Positions 22,270-34,387 of a DNA stretch of 64,000 bases are shown in pieces. Position 1 is the first letter of the stretch; every line of letters starts with the position of its first letter. The position numbers and the translations under genes are program-made. The DNA comes from Rhodospirillaceae bacterium (GTDB lineage: Bacteria > Pseudomonadota > Alphaproteobacteria > Thalassobaculales > Thalassobaculaceae), in contig JAGYJX010000013.1 of assembly GCA_018401495.1 (NCBI GenBank), forward strand, positions 9,619-73,618, given 5' to 3'. The notes beneath the pieces are model-generated. The model saw only the letters and a list, made by a program, of their open reading frames with translations, was not told the origin of the DNA and searched no databases.

Positions 22270-23875
22270 ATGCAGACCTACGATTACATCGTGGTCGGCG
22301 CCGGATCGGCCGGCGCCGTCGTCGCCAACAGGCTGTCGGCGGACCCGCGCCACACGGTTCTGCTGCTCGAAGCCGGCCCTCCCGGCCATCGCTGGACCCA
22401 CGTTCCGGTCGGCTTCGCCAAGATGATTGCCGATCCTTCGGTCAACTGGCTGTACAGCTCGGAGCCGGAGGCGAGCACCGGCGGTCGCCGCATCCCGGTG
22501 CCGCGCGGCCGCATGCTGGGCGGCTCGAGCGCGCTGAACGGCCTCGCCTTCGTGCGCGGGCAGGCCCAGGATTTCGACACCTGGGCGCAGATGGGCAACC
22601 CCGGCTGGAGCTACGCCGACGTCCTGCCGTACTTCAAGCGCATGGAGCGTTACGAGGACGGCGGCGACGACGCCTTCCGGGGCCGCGACGGGCCGCTGCG
22701 CGTCACCAACCCCCGGCCGCGCGACCCGCTGTTCCAGGCGCTGATCCGGGCGGCCGGCGAGGTCGGCATCGAGCACAACCCCGACTACAACGGGGCCCGC
22801 CAGGATGGCATCGCCATGAGCCAGGCCACGATCGCGTCGCGGCGGCGGATGAGCACGGCGCGCTGCTACCTGGACCCGATCCGCAAGCGCGCCAACCTGC
22901 GCATCGAGACCGGCGCCCTGACCGAGGCGCTGCTGCTCGACGGCGGGCGCTGCACGGGCGTGCGCTACTCCCTCGACGGGCAGCCGCGCGAGGCCCGCGC
23001 CGGCCGCGAGGTGGTGGTGAGCGCCGGCTCGATCAATTCGCCGCAGCTCCTCGAGCTGTCGGGGATCGGCCAGCCGGAACGGCTGCGCGACCTCGGCATC
23101 GCGGTTCGCCACGCCCTGCCGGGGGTCGGCGAGAACCTGCGGGACCACTACGCGCCGAGGACCCGCTGGGCGGTCGCCGCGCCGGGCTACACCTTCAACG
23201 ACCGTGGCCGCGGTCTCGGCCTGGTGTGGCAGGCGCTGCGACTACGCGCTGACCGGCGGCGGCATGCTCGGCATGGTGGCCGCCCCGATCCGCGCCTTCG
23301 TGCGGTCGCGCGAGGGGCTGGAGGCGCCCGACCTGCTGCTCGGCTGGGTGCCGATGCTGACCGAGCCCGGACCGAAGGGGCCGGTGCTGTCCCGGCAGTG
23401 CGGCATGACCTGCTACGCCCACCCGATGCGGCCCGAGAGCCGGGGCGATGTCCACGCCGTCTCCGCCGATCCGCGCCGGGCGCCGGCGATCCGCTTCAAC
23501 TTCCTGTCGTCGCCGGCCGACGCCGCGTTGACCGCCCGCGCCATCCGGATCGCCCGGGCGGTGATGACGGCGCCGGCGATGGCGCCGCTGCGGGTGACGG
23601 AACTGGCGCCCGGGGCGTCGCGGACCAGCGATGACGAGATCCTGGACTGGGTCCGGCAGGCGGGCGAGACCACCTACCACCCGGTCGGCACCTGCCGGAT
23701 GGGGCAGGACGCGCTGGCGGTCGTCGATCCGCAACTGCGGGTCCGGGGCGTCGCCGGGCTGCGGGTCGCCGACGCGTCGGTGATGCCGACGCTGACCTCG
23801 GGCAACACCAACGCCCCCGCCATCATGATCGGCGAGAAGGCCGCCGACATGATCCTGCGGGATGCCGCGGGCTGA
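22270..23875 (+). CDS. GMC family (choline dehydrogenase-like) oxidoreductase (frameshift near 23240)
   Basis: YDYIVVGAGSAG, RGRMLGGSSALNG, GVGENLRDH; second frame YHPVGTCRMG, LRVADASVMP, GNTNAP. Confidence 0.93.
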
Positions 23876-23921
23876 ACCGGCGGCCCGAATTCGTCGGGGG
23901 GCCAGACCTACGGGTCCGGAC

Positions 23922-24452
23922 CTACGGGTTCCGTCGGCGATTGTGCTCGAGCTGCTCGGCGCTGAGCTGGAAGCCGACCAGGATGCGGGTCTGGCTGAAG
24001 CCCCGGTCGCCCGCCGGCGGGATCTGCAGCGAGATCTCTTCCAGCCGCGCCAGGCGGCGGCTGTTGCCCTCGAACGGGATGGCGACGTCGAACACCTGCT
24101 TGGCGGTGATGTTGCCCGGTCCGTCCTCGACGGCGACGAAATACTGCAGCTCGGCGTTGCGATCCCGGTCGGCGGGGCCGCGCTCCACCACCATCTGGAT
24201 GGCCAATTCGACGTCGACGCCGTCGGTGTCGTACTCGCACGCCGAGTTGATCGCCATCACCCGACCCGAGAAGCGGACCTGGGTCAGGTCGCGCCCGGTG
24301 CCGGGCTCGAACTGCGTGAAGGTGTCGAGCGGGGCCGGGGTTCCGACCGGCGGGCAGAGCGGCGGCGGCGCGTCGGATCCGCAGCCGGCCAGGACCAGGG
24401 CGACCGGCACGGCGGCCAGGACGAATCGACGCATCGCTTTGGCCGCTGTCAT
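23922..24452 (-). CDS. putative lipoprotein of unknown function (start 24452 or 24434)
   Basis: MRRFVLAAVPVALVLAGC lipobox; two further Cys. Confidence 0.8.
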   Translation of the reverse strand: MTAAKAMRRFVLAAVPVALVLAGCGSDAPPPLCPPVGTPAPLDTFTQFEPGTGRDLTQVRFSGRVMAINSACEYDTDGVDVELAIQMVVERGPADRDRNAELQYFVAVEDGPGNITAKQVFDVAIPFEGNSRRLARLEEISLQIPPAGDRGFSQTRILVGFQLSAEQLEHNRRRNP

Positions 24453-24465
24453 CGGTGGGGTGTCA

Positions 24466-24705
24466 TCAGAGGCTGTTGTGGGTGCCGTCGCACAGCGGCC
24501 CGTCCTTGGAGGACTTGCAGCCGCAGAAATAGACGGTCTCCGCCTGCTCCGCCTTGAAGCGGGTGGGCTGGATCCCGGTGCCGCTGTGGGCGCCGTCGCA
24601 GAAGGGCTGCTTCTGGCTGCGCCCGCAGGCGCACCAGAAATACGCGCGGCCAGCCTCGACCTCGACCGCGTAGGGTTCCTTCTGGGCGCACACCGGTTCG
24701 GCCAT
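24466..24705 (-). CDS. CDGSH iron-sulfur domain protein (two-motif MiNT/CISD3 type)
   Basis: WCACGRSQKQPFCDGAH and FCGCKSSKDGPLCDGTH. Confidence 0.93.
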   Translation of the reverse strand: MAEPVCAQKEPYAVEVEAGRAYFWCACGRSQKQPFCDGAHSGTGIQPTRFKAEQAETVYFCGCKSSKDGPLCDGTHNSL

Positions 24706-24803
24706 CCCCGTCTCCTCGGCCAGCGAAATGTGCCGGACGATAGCCCGCCACCCCGGCCGGCGCAATTGACGGGACCCCGCATTCGCGAGAAAACCGCGAT
24801 ACC

Positions 24804-25748
24804 ATGAGCGATCCGCTGACCATTGTCCTTGCCGCTCCCCGCGGGTTCTGCGCCGGGGTCGACCGCGCCATCCAGATCGTCGAGAAGGCGATCCGGAAAT
24901 GGGGTGCGCCGGTGTACGTGCGGCACGAGATCGTGCACAACCGCTACGTCGTGGAGTCCCTGGAGGCCCAGGGCGCGGTGTTCGTCGAGGAGCTCGACGA
25001 GTGTCCGATCGACCGGCCGGTGGTGTTCAGCGCCCACGGCGTGCCGAAATCCGTGCCGGCCGACGCCGAGCGTCGCAACATGCTCTACGTCGACGCCACC
25101 TGCCCGCTGGTCAGCAAGGTCCATCTCGAGGCCGAACGCCACCACAAGCGCGGCCGCCACGTCGTGCTGATCGGCCACGCCGGGCACCCGGAGGTGATCG
25201 GCACCATGGGCCAGCTCCCGGCCGGCGCGATGAGCCTGGTCGAGGACGAGGCCCAGGCCGAGGCGTTCGCAGCCGCCGGTGCCGGGGCGCCGCTCGCCTT
25301 CGCGACCCAGACCACGCTGTCGGTCGACGACACCGCCCGCATCGTCGAGATCCTGAAGCGGCGGTTCCCGGACGTCGCCGCGCCGAGCAAGGAAGACATC
25401 TGCTACGCCACCACCAACCGCCAGGAGGCGGTCAAGGCGATCGCCGGCCAGGTCGACGCCTTCGTGGTGATCGGCTCGCCGAACTCATCGAACTCCCAGC
25501 GCCTGGTCGAGGTCGCCAAGGCCGCCGGCTGCGCCGATGCGCGGCTGATCGGCGGCGCCGCCGAGATCGACGGCGGCTGGCTCGCCGGGGTCGCGCGCCT
25601 CGGCATCAGCGCCGGCGCCTCGGCGCCCGAGGTCCTGGTCGAGGAGGTGGTGGCCGCCTGCCGGCGGCTGCGCCCGGTCACGGTCGAGGAGGTCGCGGTC
25701 GCCCGCGAGGACGTGAGCTTCAAGCTGCCCCGCGAGCTGGCCTCCTAG
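24804..25748 (+). CDS. ispH: 4-hydroxy-3-methylbut-2-enyl diphosphate reductase
   Basis: [45 protein letters not shown]. Confidence 0.97.
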   Translation: MSDPLTIVLAAPRGFCAGVDRAIQIVEKAIRKWGAPVYVRHEIVHNRYVVESLEAQGAVFVEELDECPIDRPVVFSAHGVPKSVPADAERRNMLYVDATCPLVSKVHLEAERHHKRGRHVVLIGHAGHPEVIGTMGQLPAGAMSLVEDEAQAEAFAAAGAGAPLAFATQTTLSVDDTARIVEILKRRFPDVAAPSKEDICYATTNRQEAVKAIAGQVDAFVVIGSPNSSNSQRLVEVAKAAGCADARLIGGAAEIDGGWLAGVARLGISAGASAPEVLVEEVVAACRRLRPVTVEEVAVAREDVSFKLPRELAS

Positions 25749-25770
25749 GCCCCACCCCGAGTCCCCCGCC

Positions 25771-26730
25771 ATGGCCGTCTACACACCGGTTTCCGACGAT
25801 GAGCTGCAGGCGTTTCTCGCCGACTACGACATTGGCGCGGTGACCTCCTTCGCCGGCATCGCCGAGGGCGTTGAAAACTCGAATTTCCTGGTCCGGACCA
25901 CCCGCTCGACCTACATCCTGACGCTCTACGAGAAGCGCGTGAAGCCGGCGGAGCTGCCGTTCTTCATCGGCCTGATGGACCATCTGGCCAAGAAGGGGCT
26001 GAGCTGCCCCGAGCCGGTGGCGGCGCGCGACGGCGTCACCCTTCGCAGCCTGAACGGCCGGCCGGCGGCGGTGGTGACGTTCCTGGAGGGCATGTGGCAC
26101 CGGCGCATCCAGCCGGTCTACTGCCGCTCGCTCGGCGCGGCCATGGCGGCGATGCACGTCGCCGGAGCCGACTTCCCAATGACCCGGGTCAACAACCTCT
26201 CGGTGGCGGGCTGGCGGCCGCTCCTGGAGGCCTGCGGCATGAAGTCGAACCAGATCTACCACGGGCTCTACAACGCCCTGAACCAGGAGCTCGGCATCCT
26301 GGAGCGGAACTGGCCCGACGGCCTGCCGTCCGGCACCATCCACGCCGACCTGTTCCCCGACAACGTGTTCTTCCTGGGCGACCGGGTGTCGGGGATCATC
26401 GACTTCTACTTCGCCTGCACCGACTCGCTGGCCTACGACCTGGCGATCTGCCTGAACGCCTGGTGCTTCGAGCCGGACGGCAGCTTCAACGTCACCAAGG
26501 CCCGCCAGCTGGTGGCCGGCTACCAGACCGTGCGACCGCTGTCAGCGGCCGAGCGCGAGGCCATGCCGGTGCTGGCGCGGGGCTCGGCCCTGCGCTTCCT
26601 GCTGACCCGCCTGTTCGATTGGCTGAACCACCCCGAGGGAGCGTTCGTGAAGCCCAAGGATCCCATGGAATATCATCAGAAGCTGCGCTTCCATCAGAGT
26701 GCCACCGGACCCGTGGCCTATGGCCTCTGA
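25771..26730 (+). CDS. thrB: homoserine kinase (APH-type)
   Basis: [37 protein letters not shown]. Confidence 0.95.
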   Translation: MAVYTPVSDDELQAFLADYDIGAVTSFAGIAEGVENSNFLVRTTRSTYILTLYEKRVKPAELPFFIGLMDHLAKKGLSCPEPVAARDGVTLRSLNGRPAAVVTFLEGMWHRRIQPVYCRSLGAAMAAMHVAGADFPMTRVNNLSVAGWRPLLEACGMKSNQIYHGLYNALNQELGILERNWPDGLPSGTIHADLFPDNVFFLGDRVSGIIDFYFACTDSLAYDLAICLNAWCFEPDGSFNVTKARQLVAGYQTVRPLSAAEREAMPVLARGSALRFLLTRLFDWLNHPEGAFVKPKDPMEYHQKLRFHQSATGPVAYGL

Positions 26731-27205
26731 GGAACGCCGGCCCGGCGGCCGGGGAGCGCGTCGCGGTCTTCACCGACGGGGCCTGCAGCGGCAACCCCGG
26801 GCCGGGCGGCTGGGGGCGGTGCTGCGCTGGCGCGGCACCGAGAAGGAGCTGTCCGGCGGCGAGGCGCTGACCACCAACAACCGCATGGAGCTGATGGCGG
26901 CGATCGCCGCGCTGGAAGCCCTGACCCGGCGGGTGCCGGTCGACCTGACCACCGACAGCACCTATGTGCGCGACGGCATCATGAAGTGGCTGCGGGCCTG
27001 GAAGGCGCGCGGCTGGAAGACCGCCGACAACAAGCCGGTCAAGAATCGCGACCTGTGGGAGCGGCTCGACGCCGCCGCCCGCGAGCACGACGTCGCCTGG
27101 CACTGGGTCAAGGGCCACGCCGGCCATGCCGAGAACGAACGCGCGGACGAGCTGGCCCGGCAGGCCATCGCGGCGATCCGGCAGGCGGCGCGGCAGGGAG
27201 CGTGA
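26720..27205 (+). CDS. rnhA: ribonuclease HI (two apparent compensating frameshifts near 26735 and 26815)
   Basis: [16 protein letters not shown] in one frame; [14 protein letters not shown] and [18 protein letters not shown] in the other. Confidence 0.93.
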   Translation: MASEERRPGGRGARRGLHRRGLQRQPRAGRLGAVLRWRGTEKELSGGEALTTNNRMELMAAIAALEALTRRVPVDLTTDSTYVRDGIMKWLRAWKARGWKTADNKPVKNRDLWERLDAAAREHDVAWHWVKGHAGHAENERADELARQAIAAIRQAARQGA

Positions 27206-27280
27206 CGCGAAGGGGCGCCCGAAGGCGCCCCGACCGCTGCCCGCCGTCACCGAGGCGACGGCGGCTGGAACGCCTGACGC

Positions 27281-27764
27281 TCAGAGCTTGCCGAGCACGT
27301 AGTCGGCGCTCGACACCTCGAACTGGCCCGGCTCCTCGACGTACAGATCCTTCACCACGCCGTCCTTGACGACCATGGCGTAGCGCTTGGAGCGGGTACC
27401 CATGCCGTAGCCGCTGCCGTCCATGTCCAGGCCGACCGCCTTGGTGAACTCGGCGTTGCCGTCGGCCAGCATCATCACGTTGTCGCCGACCTTCTGGTCC
27501 TTGCCCCAGGCGTCCATCACGAAGGCGTCGTTGACCGACAGGCAGGCGATGGCGTCGACGCCCTTGCCCTTCAGGTCGGCCGCCTTGCTGACATAGCCCG
27601 GCAGGTGCTTGGCCGAGCAGGTCGGCGTGAAGGCGCCCGGCAGCGCGAACAGCACCACCGTCTTGCCGCCGAACAGCTCGCTGGTCTTCACTTCCTGGAT
27701 GCCCTCGGCGGTCTTGGTCTTCGAGGCTCACCGCCGGAATCGTCTCGCCAACCTTGATGCTCAT
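27281..27764 (-). CDS. peroxiredoxin (Prx5/type II) (frameshift near 27725)
   Basis: MSIKVGETIP, LPGAFTPTCSAKHLPG, SVNDAFVM, RSKRYAM. Confidence 0.93.
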
Positions 27765-27861
27765 CGCGTCGCCTCCGTTGCCGAGGCGCGATCGGTACCG
27801 CCCCGTTGGCGGCCGTCGCACCTCCTCGAAACTCCGGTGCTTACATAGACCGTCGCCGGCC

Positions 27862-30021
27862 TCAATCCAACCGGGCCGTCGACGCTTCGCCGGCAGCCTT
27901 GCGGATGGCCGCCAGGACCACGGTGTCGGTCAGCAGTTCCGGCAGGGCGATGCCGGCGGGCGCCGCCGGGCCGTACACCGCGTTGAACGGGATGCCGTAG
28001 CGCCCGAAGCTCGACAGGTATTCAGCGATCGCCGGATCCGGACTGGTCCAGTCGGCGCGGACCCCGGTCACCGATCCGTCGGCCAGCAGCGCCGCGACCG
28101 GTCCGCGGTCGAGCACCGCCGCCTTGTTGACCCGGCAGGTCAGGCACCAGTCGGCGGTGACGTCGACCAGGACCACCTGTCCGTCGCCGACCAGTTCCTC
28201 GATCAGGGCAGGATCGAACCGGCTCCAGTTCGCGGCCCCACTCTCTGCCTGCTCGGTTGCCGGCCCGCCTGCCGTGAAGCCTCGCTCGGCGGTCCAGGTG
28301 ACGACGAGGGCCGCCACCGCCGCCAGGGCCCCGGCCGGCACGGCCAGCCGCCGGCCACCCGGCATCGCCAGCACCAGGCCGAGCACCCCGTAGGCTCCGG
28401 CGATCGTCAGGGCGGCGGCGAGCCCGGCCTGGGCCGCCAGCACCGACAGCAACCAAGCCGCGGTCAGCGCCAGGGCGATTGCCAGCACCCGTCGCAGCAC
28501 CGCCATCCAGGGACCGGGCTTCGGCAGGGCGCGGGCCACATCCGGCACCGCGGCCACCACCAGGTAGGGCAGGGCGAGGCCGACGCCCATGGCGGCGAAG
28601 ACCGCCGCGATTTCGAGCGGCCCGCCGGCCAGCGCGAAGCCGACGGCGGTGCCGAGGAACGGCGCCGAACAGGGGGTCGCCAGCAGAGTGGCGAACGCCC
28701 CGGTCAGGAAATGCCCGGTCAGCGAGCCGCCGGTGGCTGACTCTCGCGGAAGCTGGGCGCCGAGATCGGCGATCGCGCGCGGCAGCGGCAGTTCGAACAG
28801 CCCCCAGAGATTGGCGGCAAACAGGACCACCAGCGTCGCCATGGCAGCCAGGAACATCGGCTGCTGGAACTGCATGCCCCAGCCCACCGCGACGCCCGCC
28901 TCCTTCAACGCGACGGCTCCGGCCGCGAGCATCAGGAACGAGACGACAATGCCGGCCGCCGACGCGAGGAAGCCGCGACGGATCGCCCGCCGCTCGGCGC
29001 CGCCGTAGCCGACAGCCGCCAGCAGCTTCAGCGACAGCACCGGAAGGACGCAGGGCATCAGGTTCAGAATCAGCCCGCCCAGCAGCGCGGCGCCGAGCAC
29101 CGCCAGCCAGGCCGTAATCGATGGGCGGGTCGTCGCCCCGCCGGAGGCGACCGTCGGCATGGCGTCGACGGTCACCGGCTTCTGCACGAACCGCGCGCCG
29201 TCGACGATCGTCAATTCCAGCATGGACCGGGACAGCCGGGCGTCGCCGTGGACGGCCACCGGAATCCGCAACTCCGCGCTCCGACGGTCGCGCGGCCAGC
29301 GAGATCTCTGGCTTGCCGAACGACAGGCCGTCCGGCCCCTCCGGGAACACGTCGGGACCCACAAGCGGTTCGCTCGAGGTCAGGGTCAGCACCAGGGTCG
29401 GGCTCGTCGGATTGCCGTCGGCGCTGGCCTCGGCGATATCCAGGCCGACCGGCAGGTCGCCCGGCACGCGCGCCGACCAGCGGTCGAGCAGTTGGGTGAA
29501 GGCGGTCGGGCTTGCTGGCCCGGCCGGCAGGACCAGGGTCAGGACGGCATCGATCGGGACGCAGATGTCGCTGCAGACCAGGGCGTTGACATTGGCCCGC
29601 AAGGCGAGCGGCTCGCCGGGCTCGGTGAGGCGGGCGGTGATCGGGTAGACGACGTTCTCGGAATAGCCGTACTGCTCGATCCCGAAGGCCGAGAAGCGGT
29701 GCGGCACCGGGTAGGTCGGTGGCGGCGGCGGCGAGGTTGCTGGACCCCGACCAGTCGACCTCCGGCGGATAGCCGACATCGCCGGCCGAGCGCCAGTAGA
29801 CCTTCCAGCCCTCGGAGAGGCGGAACTCCAGGCCCAGTGGGATGGTTTCACGTCCGGCGGTGCCGGCAGACCGCCGAGACCAGGCGGATGTCGGCGGCCT
29901 CGTTGCGAACCCAGCCGGAGGTCGGCTCGGCAACCGCGGAAGCGGACGAAAACACGGCCACGCCCATGGCGAGCATCGCCAGCACGGTCCGCACGGCAGA
30001 GGTGGGAACGAAAAAAGCCAT
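27862..30021 (-). CDS. dsbD: DsbD family protein-disulfide reductase (about 3 frameshifts between 29290 and 29880)
   Basis: Signal peptide; GWKVYWR, VCSDICVP, LNLMPCVLPVL, LATPCSAPFLG, TADWCLTC. Confidence 0.88.
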
Positions 30022-30183
30022 ATTCGACGGTCAGGTTTCAAACGCGGACGACGCTGAATATAATAAACCGGAATCGTTTCGCTGGTCACGAACATGGGAT
30101 GACGGATCGGGGGACCCGACAAAACGTCGCGGCACCCCGCCGGGATTGCGGCACAACTGAGTTTACCCGAGGAGGACCGGCTC

Positions 30184-30772
30184 ATGATGACCGAGGTAGA
30201 CGATGTCGACGGCGAGGGCTACCTCACCGGACAGCTTCTGATCGCCATGCCGAGCATGAGCGACCCCCGCTTTGCGCGCACCGTCATCTATCTCTGCGCC
30301 CACAACGCCGAGGGTGCGATGGGGCTGGTGCTGAACCGGACCATCAGCTCGATCACGTTCAGGGATCTGCTGTCCGAACTGAAGGTCGACGATGCCCCCG
30401 CCGAAGTCGTCGGCCCCGGCGATCCACTTTGGCGGGCCGGTCGAGACCGGGCGTGGGTTCGTGCTGCATTCCACCGACTACGTCGGCCCGGATTCGATGC
30501 CGCTCGCCGGCACGCTGGCGCTCACCGCGACGGTCGACATCCTCAAGGCGATTGCCACCGGAAACGGCCCGCGCCGCCATCTTCTGGCGCTCGGCTACGC
30601 CGGCTGGGGGCCGGGGCAACTCGACGACGAACTGCAGGAGAACGCCTGGCTGTCGGTCGAGGCCGATCCCGACCTGGTGTTCGACGCCGAACTTGACGCG
30701 AAGTGGGATCGCGCGCTCGCCAAGCTGGGGATCAGCGCGTCGCTGCTGTCGCCCGAGGCGGGCCACGCGTAG
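30184..30772 (+). CDS. YqgE/AlgH family protein (frameshift near 30415)
   Basis: [25 protein letters not shown]; second frame [24 protein letters not shown]. Confidence 0.92.
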
Positions 30773-30947
30773 GCGTTCCGCGACCCGTTTCGGCGGCCGG
30801 AGGCTGGACGCGCCACAGGCGTTGCGGGAAGCCTGGAATATTTCGCGGTCCGGCGCGTCATTTGCACGGGGCACACGAGCGCTGCCGACGAAGGCTGACG
30901 TCGAACAAGATTGACGCAGCCGGCCCGGCGGCAAGGAAGGTGACGCC

Positions 30948-31898
30948 GTGACTGTCGTCCTTGCCAGGCGCGCCGTTAAGGCGATGATTCCTTGGCGGCA
31001 CCGCTTCGCGGTTCGCAGCGCCGCCTTCCGGCTGCTCTACACCGGAGACGAGAGGTTCTGCCCCTGCTGCGGAAGCGGCGTGCGCGGCTTCAATAGTTTC
31101 GGTCCGGCTGGCAACGCACGACCGAACGCGCAGTGCCCGGTCTGCGGCGCGCTCGAACGCGACCGGCTCGTCGCGCATTATTTGGCGCGTCATCCGCGGC
31201 TGATCGCGCGAGCGGACCGAGTGCTGCACGTTGCGCCGGAGCGCCCGATCGCTTACCTGCTGCAGCGCCGCGGCCGGGTCGACTACGTATCGATCGATCG
31301 CGAACCCGGTGCCGCGATGGAGGTCATGGATCTCACCGCACTGTCGTTCGCCGACGACAGCTTCGATGCGGTTTACTGCAGCAACGTCCTCGAGCACATC
31401 GAGCGGGACCGCCAGGCGATGCGCGAGATCGCTCGCGTCCTGCGCCGCGGCGGGTGGGCGATGATCCTGGTTCCGCTCTACGGCGACGTTACCTACGAGG
31501 ACCCCTCGGTCACCGATCCCGACGAGCGCACGCGCCTTTTCGGTCAGGCGGACCACGTGCGTGCCTACGGGATCGACGTCGCCGAGCGTCTCGCCGAAGC
31601 CGGGCTCGATGTGTGGGTCGAGCAGCCGGTGCTTGGGTTTGGGGCGGCCGATGCGCTCCGCCAAGGCGTCGACCGCAACGAGATCGTCTTCTTCTGCTGC
31701 AAGCCGGATCCGGGCAGCCGACCGTCCGATCGGCTGATGACGGCGAACTTCGTTCCGGCGTTTGGTCGCCAGCCGGCGCTGCGCCATCGGTATGAAGCGG
31801 CGTTTCAGGAGAATCCGCATCTCGTCGAGGCCCGGTGTAGGGCGGGTAGGTCGGCGCCCGCTGCTGGAATACCGCCGACGCGACGCGGAGGGCTCTGA
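30948..31898 (+). CDS. class I SAM-dependent methyltransferase with N-terminal Cys4 zinc ribbon
   Basis: CPCCG..CPVCGALERDR, VLHVAPE, SNVLEHI, FGQADHVRAYG. Confidence 0.85.
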   Translation: MTVVLARRAVKAMIPWRHRFAVRSAAFRLLYTGDERFCPCCGSGVRGFNSFGPAGNARPNAQCPVCGALERDRLVAHYLARHPRLIARADRVLHVAPERPIAYLLQRRGRVDYVSIDREPGAAMEVMDLTALSFADDSFDAVYCSNVLEHIERDRQAMREIARVLRRGGWAMILVPLYGDVTYEDPSVTDPDERTRLFGQADHVRAYGIDVAERLAEAGLDVWVEQPVLGFGAADALRQGVDRNEIVFFCCKPDPGSRPSDRLMTANFVPAFGRQPALRHRYEAAFQENPHLVEARCRAGRSAPAAGIPPTRRGGL

Positions 31899-31977
31899 GC
31901 GAGGGTTTCGAGGCGCCGTGCGCGCGGATGGGCCGGCCTCCACAGCGCCGCCGGCGCGGTCGCTGCGGGTGAGCCTG

Positions 31978-33796
31978 CTAGCCGCCGAACCGCGCCCGCA
32001 GCAGCGAGCGGACGTGCCGCAGCCAGATGCGGATGACGTCCTTCCGAAAGTACGGCAGCGGGTGCGGGTCGAGTTCGATGCCGACCTGCACGATACGCTC
32101 GTCGGCGAGTTCACGGACGATCAGCTCGACCGTGCCGAGCCGCAACCGGTCGCCGACGACCGGCGCTCCCTTGAGGTGGCGACGCAGGAACAGGTCGGCG
32201 GTCAGGGCCTCCGAAGCCGTCGGGATCGGGATCTCGTAGAGCCGGGCCAGGCTGGTGAGATCGACGTCGCCGGGAAACGCGAAGTCGCCGAGCGCGGCGT
32301 CGTCGCGGCCGCGCCGGTCGGACCGCGGTGGCCGCGCGAAGGTGCGGTCCAGGATCGGCAGGCGCTCGGTCGGGGTGATCAGGATGACGTGGTCGCCGGG
32401 CGACAGGGCGCCGATGGAGCCGGCCGAGCGCATGGCGCCGTCACGGATCACCGACACGATGCTGGTGTCCTCGCCGAGCTGCAGTTCGCCGAGCTTCCGG
32501 CTGGCGGCGGCGCTGCCGTCCTGGACGACGTAGGTGACCATGTCGCGACCGACCTCCTCCGGCAGGTAGATGTCGACGCGCTGCGGCGGTGGCGGGTTCG
32601 GAGGCAGCGCGAGGTTCAGGTGCCGGGCGAACAGCGTGACGGTCCAGCCCTGGACCAGCAGCGAGGTCAGCACCACCACGAAGGCGATCTCGAAATACAG
32701 CCGCGCGTTCGGCAGGCCCCGCCAGCACCGGCACGGTGCCGAGGAAGATCGGCACCGCTCCGCGCAGGCCGACCCAGGCGATGAACAGCTGTTCGCGCCA
32801 GGCGAAGCGGAACGGCGCGAGGCAGACGGCCACGGCGAGCGGCCGCCCGATCAGCAGCAGGAACAGCGCGATCGCCAGCGCCGGCGCGCCGCTGTCCAGC
32901 AGTTCCGACGGCGTGACCAGAAGCCCCAGCATCAGGAACATCACGATCTGGCACAGCCACGCCGCACCGTCCTGGAACCGTTCGATCAACTGGGTGGCCC
33001 GGTGCCGACGGGTGCCCAGCACGACGCCGGCGATGTAGACCGCTAGGAAGCCGCTGGCCCCCAGCAGCTGGGCGCCGCCGAACGTCAGGAGCGCTCCCGA
33101 CAGCGCCAGCACCGGGTACAGGCCGGGCGCCAGCTGCAGCGAGTTGATGAGCCGCAGCAGGATGTAGCCACCGCACAGGCCGATCACCGCCCCGCCCGCT
33201 AGTTGCAGCGAGAAGTCGCCAGCGAATTCTCCGATCGAGTCCCAGCTGGCGTCCGGGATGCCGCCGGTGATCAGTTCGACGCAGGTGACGGTGAGGAACA
33301 CCGCCATCGGGTCGTTCAGGCCGGATTCCACCTCGAGCGTCGCGCTGACCCGTTTGACGAGGTTGGTGCCGCGAAGGTTCAGCAGGAAGAACACCGCGGC
33401 GGCGTCGGTCGAGGCGACGATCGACCCGGCCAGCAGGCCTTCCAGCAGGCTCAGCTCCAGCACCAGCACGGCGAACGCGCCGGTCAGTCCGGCGGTGACC
33501 GCCACGCCGACGGTCGCCAGCACCAGCGCCGGCCAGGTCGCAAGCCGCAGCGTCTCCCGGGTGGTGCGCAGGCCGCCGTCGAACAGGATGATCGCCAGCG
33601 CGGTGGCGCCGATGGTGTAGGCGGTCCCGAAGTCGTCGAAGTCCAGGCCGCCCGGGCCGTCCTCGCCGGCCAGCATGCCGAGGCCGAGGAACACCAGCAG
33701 CAACGGCGCGCCGACGCGCGACGAGATCAGGCCGGCGAAGATGCTGACGAAGACCAGCCCGGCGCCGACCAGGATCAGCTGGTGGGAGATCTCCAT
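31978..33796 (-). CDS. cvrA: potassium/proton antiporter CvrA/NhaP2 (frameshift near 32718)
   Basis: GMLAGEDGPGG, ILFDGGL, STDAAAVF, ESGLNDPMAV, WVGLRGAVPI; C-terminal TrkA-C and CorC-like domains. Confidence 0.92.
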
Positions 33797-33809
33797 CTGG
33801 TGGTGGCGC

Positions 33810-34247
33810 TCAATCCCGTGCTTTCAGCAGGTCACGGATCTCCTCCAGCAGGATCTCCTGGCGCGGCGGGGCGGCCGGCGCCTCGGGCGTCGGCTGGTCC
33901 TGGGCCTCGAAGCGGCGGCGCAGGGCGTTCATCTGGCGGATCACGAAGAACAGCGCCCAGGCGACGATCGCGAAGTTGATGAGCGCGTTGATGAACCGTC
34001 CGTAGGCGAGCACCGGGATGCCGGCGTCCTTGGCCGCGGTCAGCGAGGCCGGAGCCTCGCCGCCCAGCGTCAGCACCACGAAGTAATTCGAGAAATCGAG
34101 GCCGCCCATCAGCACGCCGATCGGCGGCATGATGATGTCGTTGACCAGCGACGTGACGATGCCGGTGAACGCGGCGCCGATGATGATGCCGACCGCCAGG
34201 TCGACGACGTTGCCCTTGAGGGCGAACTCCCGGAACTCCTTGAGCAT
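33810..34247 (-). CDS. mscL: large-conductance mechanosensitive channel
   Basis: [36 protein letters not shown]. Confidence 0.97.
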   Translation of the reverse strand: MLKEFREFALKGNVVDLAVGIIIGAAFTGIVTSLVNDIIMPPIGVLMGGLDFSNYFVVLTLGGEAPASLTAAKDAGIPVLAYGRFINALINFAIVAWALFFVIRQMNALRRRFEAQDQPTPEAPAAPPRQEILLEEIRDLLKARD

Positions 34248-34387
34248 GCCTGCCTCGCGCTCGATGCGGTCTTTCCCGCCGCGATTAGACCCGGAATCGG
34301 CGGGCATTCCCATACCGTTGCGGGATCGCACCGGGACGCCAGACGGGGCATGCTGCAGAGTGCCGGATCGAATCAAGGAGGAACGCC

